A DNA stretch of 64,000 nucleotides from the NCBI GenBank assembly GCA_021613535.1, contig CP075494.1, positions 8,184,001 to 8,248,000 of the forward strand, read 5' to 3'. The notes beneath the pieces are model-generated. The model was not told the origin of the DNA. It ran no database searches and saw only the letters and a program-made list of their open reading frames with translations. Every line of letters starts with the position of its first letter. Position 1 is the stretch's first letter. The stretch comes from Adineta vaga. Its lineage: Eukaryota > Animalia > Rotifera. Shown here piece by piece: positions 39,796-53,261 of the stretch. The translations under genes were made by a program, and so were the position numbers.

Positions 39796-42700
39796 ATGAC
39801 CGATACCAGCAATCAGCAAATCGATTCACAATCATCATCAACAAGTAATAGTAGTAATAGTAATGGAACAGATTCACAATCATCAACTACAAATTCCAAT
39901 CGACGTTCACAACGACGACGAACAGTAACCTCGTTGCTCATTAGAATGGATCTATTCTTCCATGATCGATTTTATTTCTTTTTTCAAAGAATGTTCAACA
40001 AAATTTACGAAGTACCTCATTAACAACTACTATCTTTAATGAAAATGGTCATACTAATGACTGTCAATTAGAGACAACAAAAGAAAATGATAATCATCAG
40101 AAAGAGAAACGTTCGTCACCAGCTATTATCGATAAACTAGTTTTTAAAACATCAAAATTAAATCCCAATTCATCCTATTGGACTGTTACTGATCGACAAG
40201 CTGAATGGTATAAATTGACAATTCCTGTTAATCAATCAACAAATAGTTCTAGTAACAACAATATAAATCCATCATCATTAATCACACCGTATCGATTATT
40301 ATCAACGCTATTCGAAAGAAAGAAATCTAATATGAATTTAAATGATCAAATTGATGAATTGACGTATGTGTTTATTTTATCGAGAAAAAATAATATAGAA
40401 TAATTCTTTTTTTTGGGGGGTAATTCTAGTAATACAACTCAATTGATAATGAAAGTAGTCATGCATGAGCTTGATTATGATATGGATGATGATGATCTTC
40501 AATATCTTGATATATTAAATCAATCATTAGAAAATACTGAACGTATGTTGTTTGATTTTGTTTTCACTTGATTATATTTGATTTGTTCAATTGATTAGAA
40601 CAACGACAAATAACCGAAGAAGAATTTGAAAATGCCATTATAATTCTTGAATATTATACAGCTGAAAAAATACGTTTACATCTTAAACAACAATCATGTG
40701 AAGATGATGATATTGTATGTGATATATGTTTATTACCTGATGCTGATGATGAGAATGAAATGGTCTTTTGTGAACGATGTAATGCATGTGTACATCAGAA
40801 TTGTTATGGAATATCATCAGTACCAAATGGTACATGGCTTTGTAAACCATGTTCAGTTGTAAGACGACCAGCATGTTTACTTTGTCCAAAGTAGATCAAT
40901 TTTTGATTTTATAAAAGGAATTATTTGAATTGAATCTTTTAAGATTTGGTGGCCCAATGAAATGTACACCTAGTGGAACAATTTGGTGTCATTTAACATG
41001 TGCATTGTGGTTACCTGAATTAAAATTTGGTGATTATGTCAAAATGGTAAGATGAAATGTCGAGATATGAAAATTTCTTGTTATTGTGGAGTTTTTAGGA
41101 ACCAATATTGAATTTAGATAAGATTCCACATGCTCGTTGGACTCTTCGATGTGTTGTTTGTTCAACAACAGAAGGTGCTTGTGTTCAATGTGCGCATAAA
41201 AATTGTCGAACACCATTTCATGTATGTTTTCCTATCATTTATTTTTAATTTCAATCCTAAGGAATATTTGAATGTTTATTTCTAAGTTCTAATCTCGATA
41301 GAGTACCGAGTTTGAAAAGTTCGATGTTACGAGGAATGTTCCTTTTAAACGCAAAACAAATATTGTTTTTTTTTCATTAATTCATTTTTGTGTACTGTCT
41401 ACAATCCATCAATCAAGCACTTCACTTACTATGTTCGATTAATGTTTTTCCGTGACTTGATATTTCTAAAAGTAATGTTGCTGACAACGTTTTACGCATA
41501 TATATAAATATATAATACCTTGAGTTTAAGCAATTACGTCTTTTCTTTAGAGAAAATTATAGAATGACATTCACATTTCTATGAGAAATTTGTAATTATC
41601 TTCACCCTGCAAAACTGAATTATTCTAATAAGTTACTTCGACACCCTCTTTATTTTGTAGAATACTAATTTGAAGACATCGCTGAAAGAAAGAAAGCACG
41701 GAATTAGATTTCAAAGTATCGAAATACCATGATCTCATCAATTTTCTTAATGAACGACAAGACATATTCTATTACTGTGTCTTTGTTGAAAACAATTTTT
41801 CTAATCAACACTAGTTAGTGCAGTTATATATCATCTAAAAGGAAAGAACTATTCGAACAGAGCTCAATTATTAATGAATTGATGTAAAAAAAAACACAAT
41901 AGTTGAGATGCCCTGGTAAATGTCAAGGTTTCATTTATTTTTTCAAAAATTTCGATATTTATATGAAGTATTTTTTATACAATTTTCTTTTCAAAATATC
42001 TCCAGGTTACTTGTGGTCTCTCTGCTGGTTATTTTCTTGATGTTCAACAAACCACAGCGGACGGAACAGCTTCTTCACGTTCACAATTTACTGCTTATTG
42101 TCTTAAACATTCTAAAGAAGCTCGACAACGTTCGGAACCGGATTTCACATCAATAACTAATGCTGAAGATGATTCTTCATGTTTATCTACTTCAATTCCT
42201 CTGACAGTTTATCAACGGCAGAATCTTAAAGGCGAAGAATGGACATTGGGATGTTATGAAAATTTTCACACATTTATTCATACATCTCATTTAAATGATG
42301 AATGTCCACAAGATTATGACCCATCGATATCCACAAAGATTTATAATTATTGGAAAGATAAACGTATTTTAAATAAGAATTTTCCTTTAATTAAACGTAT
42401 TGATGTTGTTCTTGATCAACGAGAAAATGCAGAATTACTTTTGGCACAAATAAATAATTATTTAAAAATGAGAAACAAAATTCGTCAGGTATGCAAATCT
42501 TTTTATAGAAAATCTCATCAAATTCTTGTCTTGTTTTATTTAGCTTCAAGCTTATTGTAAATCAACATCATTTGTTCCATCATTGTCTTCACATTTCACT
42601 CAACGTCTTGATAATTTAAGATTAAATTTTTCTCAGAAAACATCACAACCTATAAAATCTTCTCATTATAAAATAATTGAAGATTCTAAACGTTGTATTG

Positions 42701-43008
42701 TTGCTTTGGAAACAACTTATCGTGATGCACTTGAATTGAATACAACTTATCTCGTTGGTAAAACATTAGAAGGAGAAACGATGTTATTACCAAAACAACT
42801 AATCGAACAAGCAAATGTGATTACAATCAATGATAATGATAATCCCATCCCTGAAGAACAAGAAGAACAAGAATGTGAGACGAATCATTTGGATATATTT
42901 CATAGAACTGAATATGAAGAAAAGGCAGTTTCAGTAGCAGATATTCTCAAAACACCTTACATGTCTCAAGGAAATGTCGTGCGATGTGTCACGGGATCTT
43001 TTGACTAA
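39796..43008 (+). CDS. Jade/BRPF-family PZP (PHD-Zn knuckle-PHD) protein with EPC-like region; no bromodomain seen (Jade-like)
   Basis: ELDYDMDDDDLQYL; CDICLLPDADDENEMVFCERCNACVHQNCYGISSVPNGTWLCKPC; CLLCP..GGPMK..WCHLTCALWLPE; RWTLRCVVC..GACVQC..C.TPFHVTC..YCLKH; IYNYWKDKR. Confidence 0.88.
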
Positions 43009-43704
43009 AAAAGTTTCTATATTTTTGTTGACAACAAAAAAAATATGTTCTTTCAATTTTCTGTTTTCCTCTTTTTTTTGCTCTTGTTGTTATTGTATTA
43101 TAAATAAAGAGAAAAAGTAGGTGTTATTTGGATTTCCCATTTATTCATACACAGTCTGCCGGAAGAAAGCAAAGACGTCAATGGTAACGCCAGTTTTACT
43201 TCTTACTTTATACTATATATTTCCACTTTTCTTTTTCGCTACCATTCACACTTCCTCTTTCACAGCCTGACAAAAGAAGAAGAAAAAGAAAAATCTATGT
43301 AGACGTCAGTCAAGTCAAAAAAGAGGAATGGATCGGTAGGAAAAAAACGTAGCGCGATGAAATTCTAGTTGTCGAGTAGCTTGACTAGAGTTCGAAGCAT
43401 GATGGAAGCGGAGGAAGCGAGAATGAGAAGAAGAAAAGAGAGCGGCAGAAGAGAAGAAAAAAAAACGATAGACCGGACTAAATGAGCTGTAATACAAAAA
43501 AAGAGAACTTACCCGTTGTGTTTTTTTTTCTTCCTCATTCGCTCTTGTTTCATTGGCAAGTAAGGGAACACAACAACCATCATTTCACGCATTGTCATTA
43601 CATGATATCTTACATTTTTATACTTATTAATAATCCTGATAAATCTTTTTTTTCCTCAGTTGTATGTATAAGTATCTAATCGAATCATTTCTAGATTTAT
43701 TCCA

Positions 43705-46700
43705 ATGACGATGCTATGGTCAAGTCTTTTGATGGTTCTAGTTGGTATGATGATTATTTACATATAACTTATTCCAGATTGATTGATACCTTTTTCTTTT
43801 TTCAATCGATTTAGTTTTGTTGAATCTTTATTCAACATTGGCTGAAACGAAAATGACAAGAACAAAACCGAATTGGTTTGATCCTGTTCTTTCATCGAAT
43901 GGATATGTTGGTCATATCAAAGAAAATGAACGTCTTGTACAACTTGAACCACGTTTATATGCGTCCGATGCTGATCTAATCAATTCTCCGAATGGTATGT
44001 TATAATTGAAATATGTATTTCTTAATAAAACAAAAAAAATATTCTTTCTTCTTCGTCTTCTAGGAAAAATTTGTGGCTATGAATTATCACGGCATAAACA
44101 TGATGATTCAATCGAGACAACACCAAATTTACCTTTTATCGTAGAATTCAACAATGAACAAGCAGTTATTAAACTTAAATCAGATATTGAAAAAATCGAT
44201 TGTGAAATTAAACAAACTTATCGGTTATTCATTCGTGCATATGATTGTGCTGATATTAATCAACGTCGTTATTCGGAAAGGTAAAATTTTCTACAAAAAC
44301 AAACCAAGAAAAATGAATTCAATTAGTATAATCAATATATTCTCATTAAATTTAGATCATCTTTAATAATAACGGTGGATGATGTTAATGAATATCCTCC
44401 AGTATTTACACACAAAAGTTATCTATTTAAATTACATCAAGATCAAGTTTGTTCGTCGTGTCGAGTAAGTTAAACGACGATATATAGAAATCTCTGATAT
44501 TTGTCTCTTTAAGGTTGAAGCAACAGATGATGATTGTCTCAATAGTAATCATCGTGTTTGCGATTATCAAATTAGAACACCAAATGTACCATTTGGTATT
44601 GATTCCAATGGTTCTATATCTATTACGAAACCTTTAAATGGTGATAAATACGAATTTGATGTGGTTGCTATTGATTGTTATCCATCATCGTCGATTGAAA
44701 ACATCAAATTAATCAGTGAACCAGCACGAGTAACAATAAAAATTATCAAATCGTGCAAACCAAAAGTAACCGGTAAGCAAAAAAAAGGAGGAAAGATTTT
44801 TTTTATTTTTTTCAACATTAAAAAATTTATCAAAGTTCATGAAATAAGGGAATAACTGTTTCCGACTGCTATTCTATAAAATACTTTAGAGACTCGAGAA
44901 GTAAAAGCATAGAATTTTTGATTACTTGATAGTTAATAGACTCTTATATGATTCATGCAATTCTCGGTATGCTTTTATAGAAGTCAGGTTTTCCGGAATT
45001 TAATTAACTTGATCATATTTCCTTCTGAATTATTAAAGTATATTCTACTGCAAGTCAATAACAATAAACTCTGGTGTCATTGGATAAAATCATAAAATTC
45101 TACAATCTATATCTTCATTTTCATCGGTATGATGGGTAATTTATAGATAAAATAATTCATATCAATTGTGAATATTTGAGTATGATAATAAGCAGATATC
45201 AATATCGTTATTTTTGACCTTAACAAATATCATTCATAGCATCTCAACTATGAAAAAAGAATATCAAATTTCAAGAATAACTTTGATAAAAAAAGAGAAT
45301 CCTTTTCATTGATTTAGATGAAAATCCAGCAAAATTAACGATTCAATCTGATCATACACATATATTTGATACAGTCCATGTTGATACATGCGATGAAACA
45401 TGTGCTGTCGAAGATATTGTTAGTACAGTCACACTGGATAGTGATGGAATTGATAGTGGCTGTAATCTTGAACAATGTGGTAAGTATTTATCGGTAATGA
45501 TTGTAGATCAATTGGTTTTGTTTCTATTTATAAAGCATTTGACGATCATGAATATGTGATAATACCAAAAGATGTGGATTATAATCAAGCACCTCAGACA
45601 CATTATACATCATTTGATGGTATCAATCAAGCTTTACTTGTTCGCAAAAAAGATTTTTCAGGTCAATTAAAGACACAATTTGCAATTCGTATGTGGATGA
45701 AACATTCGAATGAAGAAAATCATGATAAAGAACATATCTTTTGTAAAAGTGATGAAAAATGTAAGGAAATATTGATATTCATAAAAACAAATCGATGATT
45801 CTTTTTTGTTTTTGAAATTGTTTAACAGATCGAAATCGTCATCATGCTGCTCTGTTTATTCATGATGGTCATTTGAAATTATTAATACGTAAAGGACCCG
45901 TTTCATCAAGTGATAAGAATGTCTATAGTTCAGAATGGATATGGCAATTATCACAATTGAAAGACGGTCAATGGCATTCATACAAACTATTTGTTGATTA
46001 TCCAAATAAAGTAAAATATCGAAGAAAGGTTTTTATATAGTGCCTAATCGATTGTTATGTTTTAGATCGATTTGTATGTTGATAATCAATTATTTGTACC
46101 AAACGATGATAATTATCGAGTTGTGGATGATTTTGCATTGCCAATTATTGAAGAAACTGGTGATACAGTCTTCTCTGTAGGAGCTTGCTGGCATGGTAAG
46201 CATAAAAGCGAGATATTTTCTTCTCCGTGTCTGCAAATTGTAGAGCGATTACTTAGTTATTAATGTATGTGATGTTTTTGTCTTGGAAACAGAAAAATAC
46301 GAAAATTATTTTAAAGTATTTCATATTTTTTCCCACTCATTGACTTGCAATTATCTAGAACAGTCCTTCTATGCTATCAAAGAAAAATTCCAACGAAATC
46401 ATGCATGTTAATGATATTCTAGTAGAAGTATACGTATGTCATGACTCATGAGCATACATATCATTAAAAAAAACAAAAACGTTTTTGACAATTACTATGG
46501 CAATGACATTTTTTTTCAAATAATTTAGGTCGTGCCTCTCGTATGGTTCAACATTTTCATGGGCAATTATCAGGACTTCTAATCGAACAGAAGGAAGAAT
46601 TACCACGTTCTACTGCTTGCACTCAAAACTGTCAGCAATATCTTGACATGCCTGATATTCAAAAAGAATCTGGCTTTGTATGATTTTTCTTTATTAGTTG

Positions 46701-49496
46701 AAAGAAATCATTCTATTGATTTGTTTGTAGGAATTTGTCAGTAATTTTAATCGATCTGTTTGGACATTACGTAGTGATTCAAGTGAATCAATGGAACAAT
46801 TATTAAAACATATTGTTTATCGTAATACATTAGAGCCCATTGGACCATCTGGTCAACGAACAGTATCAATTGAAACAGCAATCAAATGTTTAGGTGAAAA
46901 TTATACTTACAATTTACCAACATTTTCTCGTCGTTTATCCATTGATGAAAAGATTCGTCCAACAAATATTGAACTTAAGGGTGATACAAATTTTCATCTA
47001 AAAGAAGAAACACTCGATCAAGGAATTTATTTATTTCGAAATTTATCAATTTTTACGGATGCATTAAAAAAAGATCAAGTTGATATTAGTGATTGTAGTA
47101 TTAATACATCACCGGATTTCTCTAGTGGCGAAAAATTTATTATACCAGATGAAAATCTTGAAATAAATAATATTCGAAAAGATTTAACTCAAACTGGTTT
47201 AGTACTATCAGGTATGTTTAGTTGAATGGTTAAATACTGAGAAATGAGTGGGTTCGAATCTACTTCTCGACGACATTGCAATTTGATCAGGATTATTTCG
47301 AAAGAAATGTATGACTGATCGATTAAACTCGTCTTCGAAGACTAAATTTCAATAATTCTTGGGCTTACACTTCTTGTTTCCTATTGCATTGAAACTAAGG
47401 AGAGGAATACCGAGAATACAAACTATTTCAATAACTCTTTTTATTTAGGTTTTGGTTCAATCGATACGTATCAATTTATCTTACAGCAAATTTTATTTCT
47501 ATCGAAATCGCCAATTAAATATGTTGATCGAACATTTTCACTTATTTGTATCGGAGCTCAAGAACAGATATCAACAAATGAAATCCGTATTGAAGTAAAT
47601 AATATCTCAATTGAAAAATTCTCTTCTTAACTACAATTTCCTTTTTAGATTCATGTAGAAAAACAAGTGCAACGATCAGCTCCAGTTGCAGCTGCTCTCT
47701 CAAACAAACTCTATGTTGATAATGATCCAATAAAAGAAAATCTTTTCGATATCGATGATAGTGCTGAAACGGTCGGCAAATTAACAGGTAAGACGAAAAG
47801 TCTTCATCTATTGAATTCTATCAAGCAAAATAGTTGTAGTCGGTAGAGATGCGTGATGATAACATCGTCTAATATTCTTTTCAAACAGGAAAAATAACTT
47901 CCTCGTTTACATGTTAGATATGTACAGATGTCGAAGAAGAAAATTGTATTTTCATTCGACTGGATATAAGAAGAAAAAAACAAGAGAAATAATTACACAT
48001 ATATAGATTAAATTGTTCAGACATTAAGTCTAGAATGAATGCAATAAATGAATCATTGAGTTTGCTCTATGTGTAAAATGATGATTATTATTATTATTCT
48101 GACATCGTTCGAAAGAAGAAGAAGAAGAAGCAGTGGAAGAAGAACAAGACGTTTTTCTTTTCCCTCCTCAACATCGTCTTCTTCTTTTTTACTGCTGCAT
48201 ATTTTCTCATTCGTTCTTGCTTATAATTATCTCTCGGGTTTATGTGTAGATGAAGAAGTAGAGGAAAAAACGAGAAAAATGAATGCAAGCCTATTGTAAA
48301 ATAATCGCGTAGCTGACAGGGCGTGTGTATTCGTACTCGCTCGTCTCATCGTTGGACAATATTTTCCCCTTCCTCTTCTTCTTCTTCTCCATCTTCGTCT
48401 ACTACTCGTTGTCGTCAGAGCTCTTCGACATCAAGCATCCACTCAACTGTTGTCATTATCATTATTAAAGGCAAAGCTTTATACTGGTGTTATATTCTGT
48501 CTTTACCGTCGAGTTTTTAAGTTACTCAAATGTTTCTACCACCAGTTACGAGTAAGTTTCGAATCAATAAAAACTATCCTTGATCTTCAATTAGAGATCT
48601 GGTAGTATACGACAAATGTCATACTGCGTTATACGGTAGAGACAGATTCTATTAATTAGCAATCCGATCGTTAGAAGTTATAGAAAGAGTTAATGGACGA
48701 TGAACTTTAACCATTTGCTATATCTATATAAATCTTTTTCTTGTTATTGTCGATTATTTGATTGCTCAATTTGTGTTGATAGAATCAATAGTATGGGGCA
48801 GAAACAACAAGTGATAAGATAGAAAGAAGGAACGAAAGGTTACTTACTGATTATATAAGTCATCAAAAGGAAAGTAATGATCATAAACATTATTATATAG
48901 ATGAATAAGTTCATTAGAAGATGTTTATAGGCAGGTGGATAATGAAATGTATGTAAATACATAAGATTGATTGGGTGTTGTTTTTTCTTTTCTAGCATGG
49001 CCTATTGCCATTGGTATTTGCATCTCGGTTAGTATTGCTAGTGTACTCATTCTTTATCTTGTTGTTCGTATTCGATCGGCTAATAAACAACGTAATACAT
49101 TATCAAATCCAGGCGATGACATGCATTCCCAAATGGAATGGGAAGACGATATCGGTCTGAATATTATTGTCAATCCATTAGATGAAACAAAGGTTTGTTG
49201 GAATATATATATATATATTATTCGTTATCAGTCATTCATTCATTGCTTTCTATCTTTTCTAGAAATCCGTCCCGACAATGAATGTACCCAATATGGAACA
49301 AGTGATGGATATGGATGAATATGAAGGTACGAGTTCAGAAGAAGATGAGAATGATGAATGTGATGATCATAGTCATAATGACTATTCATCGGAAGAAGAT
49401 GATACATATGAAACAAATCAAATCCATGCAAAGAAACGTCATCATCAATTGGAATGGGACGATGAAGCACTCGAATATGGACCTAAAAAAGTTTAA
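43705..49496 (+). CDS. CLSTN: Calsyntenin (two cadherin repeats, LamG-like domain, TM helix, two WD kinesin-light-chain motifs)
   Basis: YVGHIKEN..LYASDAD, IRAYDC, DDVNEYPPVF, VEATDDDC; WMKH..KEHIFCKSD, VGACWHG..FHGQLSG; TM WPIAIGICISVSIASVLILYLVV; QMEWEDDIGLNIIVNP and QLEWDDEAL with an acidic stretch between. Confidence 0.92.
47218..47275 (+). mobile_element. tRNA-derived SINE-like remnant in a calsyntenin intron
   Basis: TAGTTGAATGGTTAA (A-box-like) followed ~20 nt later by GGTTCGAATCT (B-box); too short for a tRNA. Confidence 0.45.
48530..48551 (+). CDS. Candidate alternative first coding exon of calsyntenin (MFLPPVT)
   Basis: ATG TTT CTA CCA CCA GTT ACG A|GTAAGT; phase 1, matching the acceptor of the TM exon at ~48996 (ag|CA TGG CCT). 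Confidence 0.6.
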
Positions 49497-50628
49497 TTCT
49501 ATGAAAAAAAATTAATTTAAAACAAAAAAAAAGAATCATTTTTTTAATGTTGTGTGTATAATCTTTCGTTGTATGTTCGTATATTCTGTTGTTAACTACA
49601 GAATTCAGATGAAGATGATGATGCGAATGTAATTCGGAAGCGAAGACGAGAGATAGTTGTGCGTAATTCTGTTGCTGGTCACCGGTTTCTGTTTGTTTGT
49701 TTGTTTTTTTCTCTTTTTCTTGTTTCATCTTCTTTTTGAGCAGTATTCCCAGATGTACAGAGTTTTGATTAGATGTTGTTTGATGCTGTAACCATTATTT
49801 TTTTTCTCTACTCTTTATTTGTTTTCCTTATTGATGGTAAAGGAATCGTCTGTGGATGAATCGAATTGATTAAGCAATAAAATTCGAAATAAAAATACTA
49901 AGAATCAGTTATCATGTAAAATCTAAACATACAGATATCGAGAATGATGCAAGCTAATCGATTGTTAGATCTAAAAATTCCTTTTTTTTTCTACTTCCAA
50001 GTAAATCCGACATAAGATTTCTTTTCCATATATATCTTCATAATAATTATTATATTAAAAACAATTTGAGAAGATGAAAAGTAGTTGACTTTAGTATACC
50101 TCTGATTAGTTTAATTTGCGTGAAAACATGATTTTCTAAGAAAATATTATCGTATGAAAAGTATGAAAGATTATATATGAATGAGACTGTTTTGTCAATA
50201 ATATGTCGATAATGACAACCGGATGTTCTTGCCGGAATCGATCGAAACCAATAATAATAGTTGTCGATAAGATGTTACAAGAAAAAAAGATATGCTTGTA
50301 TTCGGTGAATTAATTATATACTACATGAATTTTTACTATAAACCCGAAAATTAAAAGATTTCATCGTGAGATTGTTGACTTTCAATGTTATAACAAAGAA
50401 TTTTTTAAAGATATATTATCCTCTTTATAATAACTGATATATAGATGTACCTATTAAAGGCAACGTCGAGGGTAAACTTAGTACTTTCTTTGTGCTATTG
50501 TCTACATAGACGAAAAAGATATTCGTCGAAGATTCATACATATATAGATATATATATATATATCTATATATCTATATATCTTACGAACAAAGAAATGAAC
50601 ATGTACCTTGATAAAGTTCATATTTTAG

Positions 50629-50660
50629 TATAAATAGTCGATAGATACATCGTTATCAGT
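50629..50660 (+). promoter_or_regulatory. TATA box + Inr-like element of the antistasin-like gene
   Basis: TATAAATA at 50629-50636 and TCAGT at 50656-50660 (A about 29 nt after the TATA start); ATG follows at 50684. Confidence 0.55.
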
Positions 50661-50683
50661 ATACAATCGTCAGCAAATTCAAT

Positions 50684-50983
50684 ATGCAACGTCTTACAAT
50701 TATCTTTTTTCTTCTCTGTGCAATTGCAGCAATAGCTTCTGCTACAACTTTAAAACCATTATGCAAGGATTCACAATGTCGTATTGCCTGTCCATTTGGA
50801 TTTAAAGTTGATAAAGATGGATGTGCTCTCTGTGCATGCAATAAAAGTCCATGTAAAGAAGGCCAAATACCACTTGACAAATACTTCTGTGGACGTGGTC
50901 CAACTCGAAAAGATTGTCCATCAACTCATCAATGTATTATTGCACCCGACGATCGTTATGCTGTCTGTTGTCCTCGTAAATAA
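50684..50983 (+). CDS. Small secreted cysteine-rich protein: antistasin domain + lustrin/WR1-type domain, intronless
   Basis: Signal peptide; CKDSQCRIACPFGFKVDKDGCALCAC (antistasin pattern); CKEGQIP..FCGRGPTRKDCPSTHQCIIAPDDRYAVCCP. Confidence 0.88.
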   Translation: MQRLTIIFFLLCAIAAIASATTLKPLCKDSQCRIACPFGFKVDKDGCALCACNKSPCKEGQIPLDKYFCGRGPTRKDCPSTHQCIIAPDDRYAVCCPRK

Positions 50984-53261
50984 AAACTAAATTTTTTTAT
51001 AAATATAATTCTATTCTTTAATAAACGAATTTAATTTCTTGATGAAATATTTTATTCTTTGCTTTAACTCACACCCTCACAATATAAGACGAACAAATAT
51101 AAATGCATTAACTGTCAAAAACAATACATTCATCATACATATCGATAATAGAATCAGAAAAATAACACACAGTTTTTTGTTGGTATTATTTATCAGTATT
51201 ATAAATACATTAGAACGTGACAATACATGTATGTCTCCACAAATAATCAAATTCAATTCGACATAAAAGAAAACAACATATTGATGCGGCTGTTGTCGAA
51301 CAGATCATCATGTGGATGCATAAATATATGAATTTTGAGGATGTGAGCTTTAGTCAACAAGACTGTTCATCAACTGATAAATGCATCATAGTATTCACGT
51401 ATACAGAAAGAATTTATGTAGAAAACAATCAGATTCTGTTGGTATTTATCTAGTTCGCTGCATTTATGATCGTCACTGTTTTCAATCTATTTAAAAATTG
51501 TGTAAAAATATCTGTTCGATAGAACTTAAATGAAATAGGCGGTATTAACATATATTCTTCAAGAGGACGAAGGATAGTTATTGAAGTATCATCGACTTCA
51601 GTGTTCAAAAGTTGTCGTAGGTGGAGTTCATCAATTATTTCATATTATTCTCATTTTTGACAAGAAAAATTAACTCGCGACAAAGAGAGAGAGAGAAAAC
51701 CCATCGAGTGTATTTCAAATGTTATATTTGACAAAAATCTCATTTGGAAATATGATCAAAATTTAACTCCGACAGATTTGTTAGGGTTTCTGTTGGATGA
51801 TGAAATCCTTTAAGATCAACTTCAATTTCTGACTAGAATCATCGAAATGTCATGCAGAAAAAGAAATGTTACAAAAATAATGATTCTAATGTACAATTAT
51901 TTACTAATAGTCGCAATTTTTCAATACAAGGATGATTCATTTCATATGATTCTCAAATGTATCGGAATAACATGAAGAACGGTTGAAATTGGTAAAGATT
52001 GTCTTCCTTTATTTTACTTCTGTTATTTTGTTCTTACAAATAAAAGTAGACAAATGTCATTATAATATGTCTTCAACATCCTGTCTGAAAAAGAAAATGA
52101 ATGCGAAATTTCTTTATTTTTTGTGTTTAAATTAGAGAGAGTGTCACGGTAAAGATGACGTGAAATGAAAAAAAAGTAATATCATTGAAAGATATCTTTT
52201 CTACAAAAAAAAGAACTACAGATAGTAATTAACTAAAAAATGGCAGTTATGATGAAAGAAGAAATCGAAAACATTACTTCTAATTTTTACAGATTATTAT
52301 TTCAACATTTCTCTTTTTGTTCATTTCTATTCAAAAATTATTGACAATCCATTTTTGTCAATCTTTTCATATTTTATCAAACAGACTGCCAATCAATCAG
52401 TTTGATACAGTAAGACAGAATGGAAGTTCATGTTTTGTTTTCTTTATACTTCTTTAATTTAGATCGACATTGAATATAACTTCAATCCAATGGTGGCCAG
52501 ATAAGATATTCGACTTATTATCTCTGACTGACATTAATTGACTACTATCTATCGAATAAGTAACTACGACAGATACATCCCAACTAAAGGACAAACAAGA
52601 TCTCATCGCTCTTTCTGTGCAGACAATTATCTTTCCTATTACTAGTATTATAGATGAAGTAGTTATCAAGATTATAGAAAAGTAAATATAAAATCAAATA
52701 TCATTTCTTTTATATCATCTAATATTACTTGTTCAATCTCGGGAATTTCATTGATAAATCATTTAATCTTCAGTATACGATTGCATATTTATATAGATGA
52801 TGGATAGAAAATGTGTAAAACCCTGGAGATGTATATTTTTGAGTTAATTCGTTGCATGCTACCATATTCTCTTTGAAGAACAGAAAAAAAAGAAAACGAA
52901 GATTATTAAGTGTATGTGCATGTTTTTAGTTTATTATAAGTATAGTGAAACATAACGGAAATCTGTAATTGCCACGAGTCTAACTGAGAGACGTCTAACA
53001 GAACATCGAATTCTATTTCTTCCTACGCTCTCATCATTAGTAGCTGCCATATCTCAACATATTTATTCTTATTCTTCTATAAACATGATTTGAACGAGTT
53101 ATTAGAACGAAAAGAAAACAAAACGGTAAGTTATTCTTAACTGAAAAATAGTAAATACAAATTTCGCTTGAAACATAACATTGATTTCTCTTCTTCTTTC
53201 ATTCGATAGATGGAAGTGCAATATTAAGTTTTAAAAACAAAACAAGAACATCTTTATTAGC

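Noticed and set aside
47218-47275. Functional tRNA gene
   Set aside because: A-to-B box spacing leaves no proper anticodon arm or acceptor stem; kept only as a SINE-like remnant.
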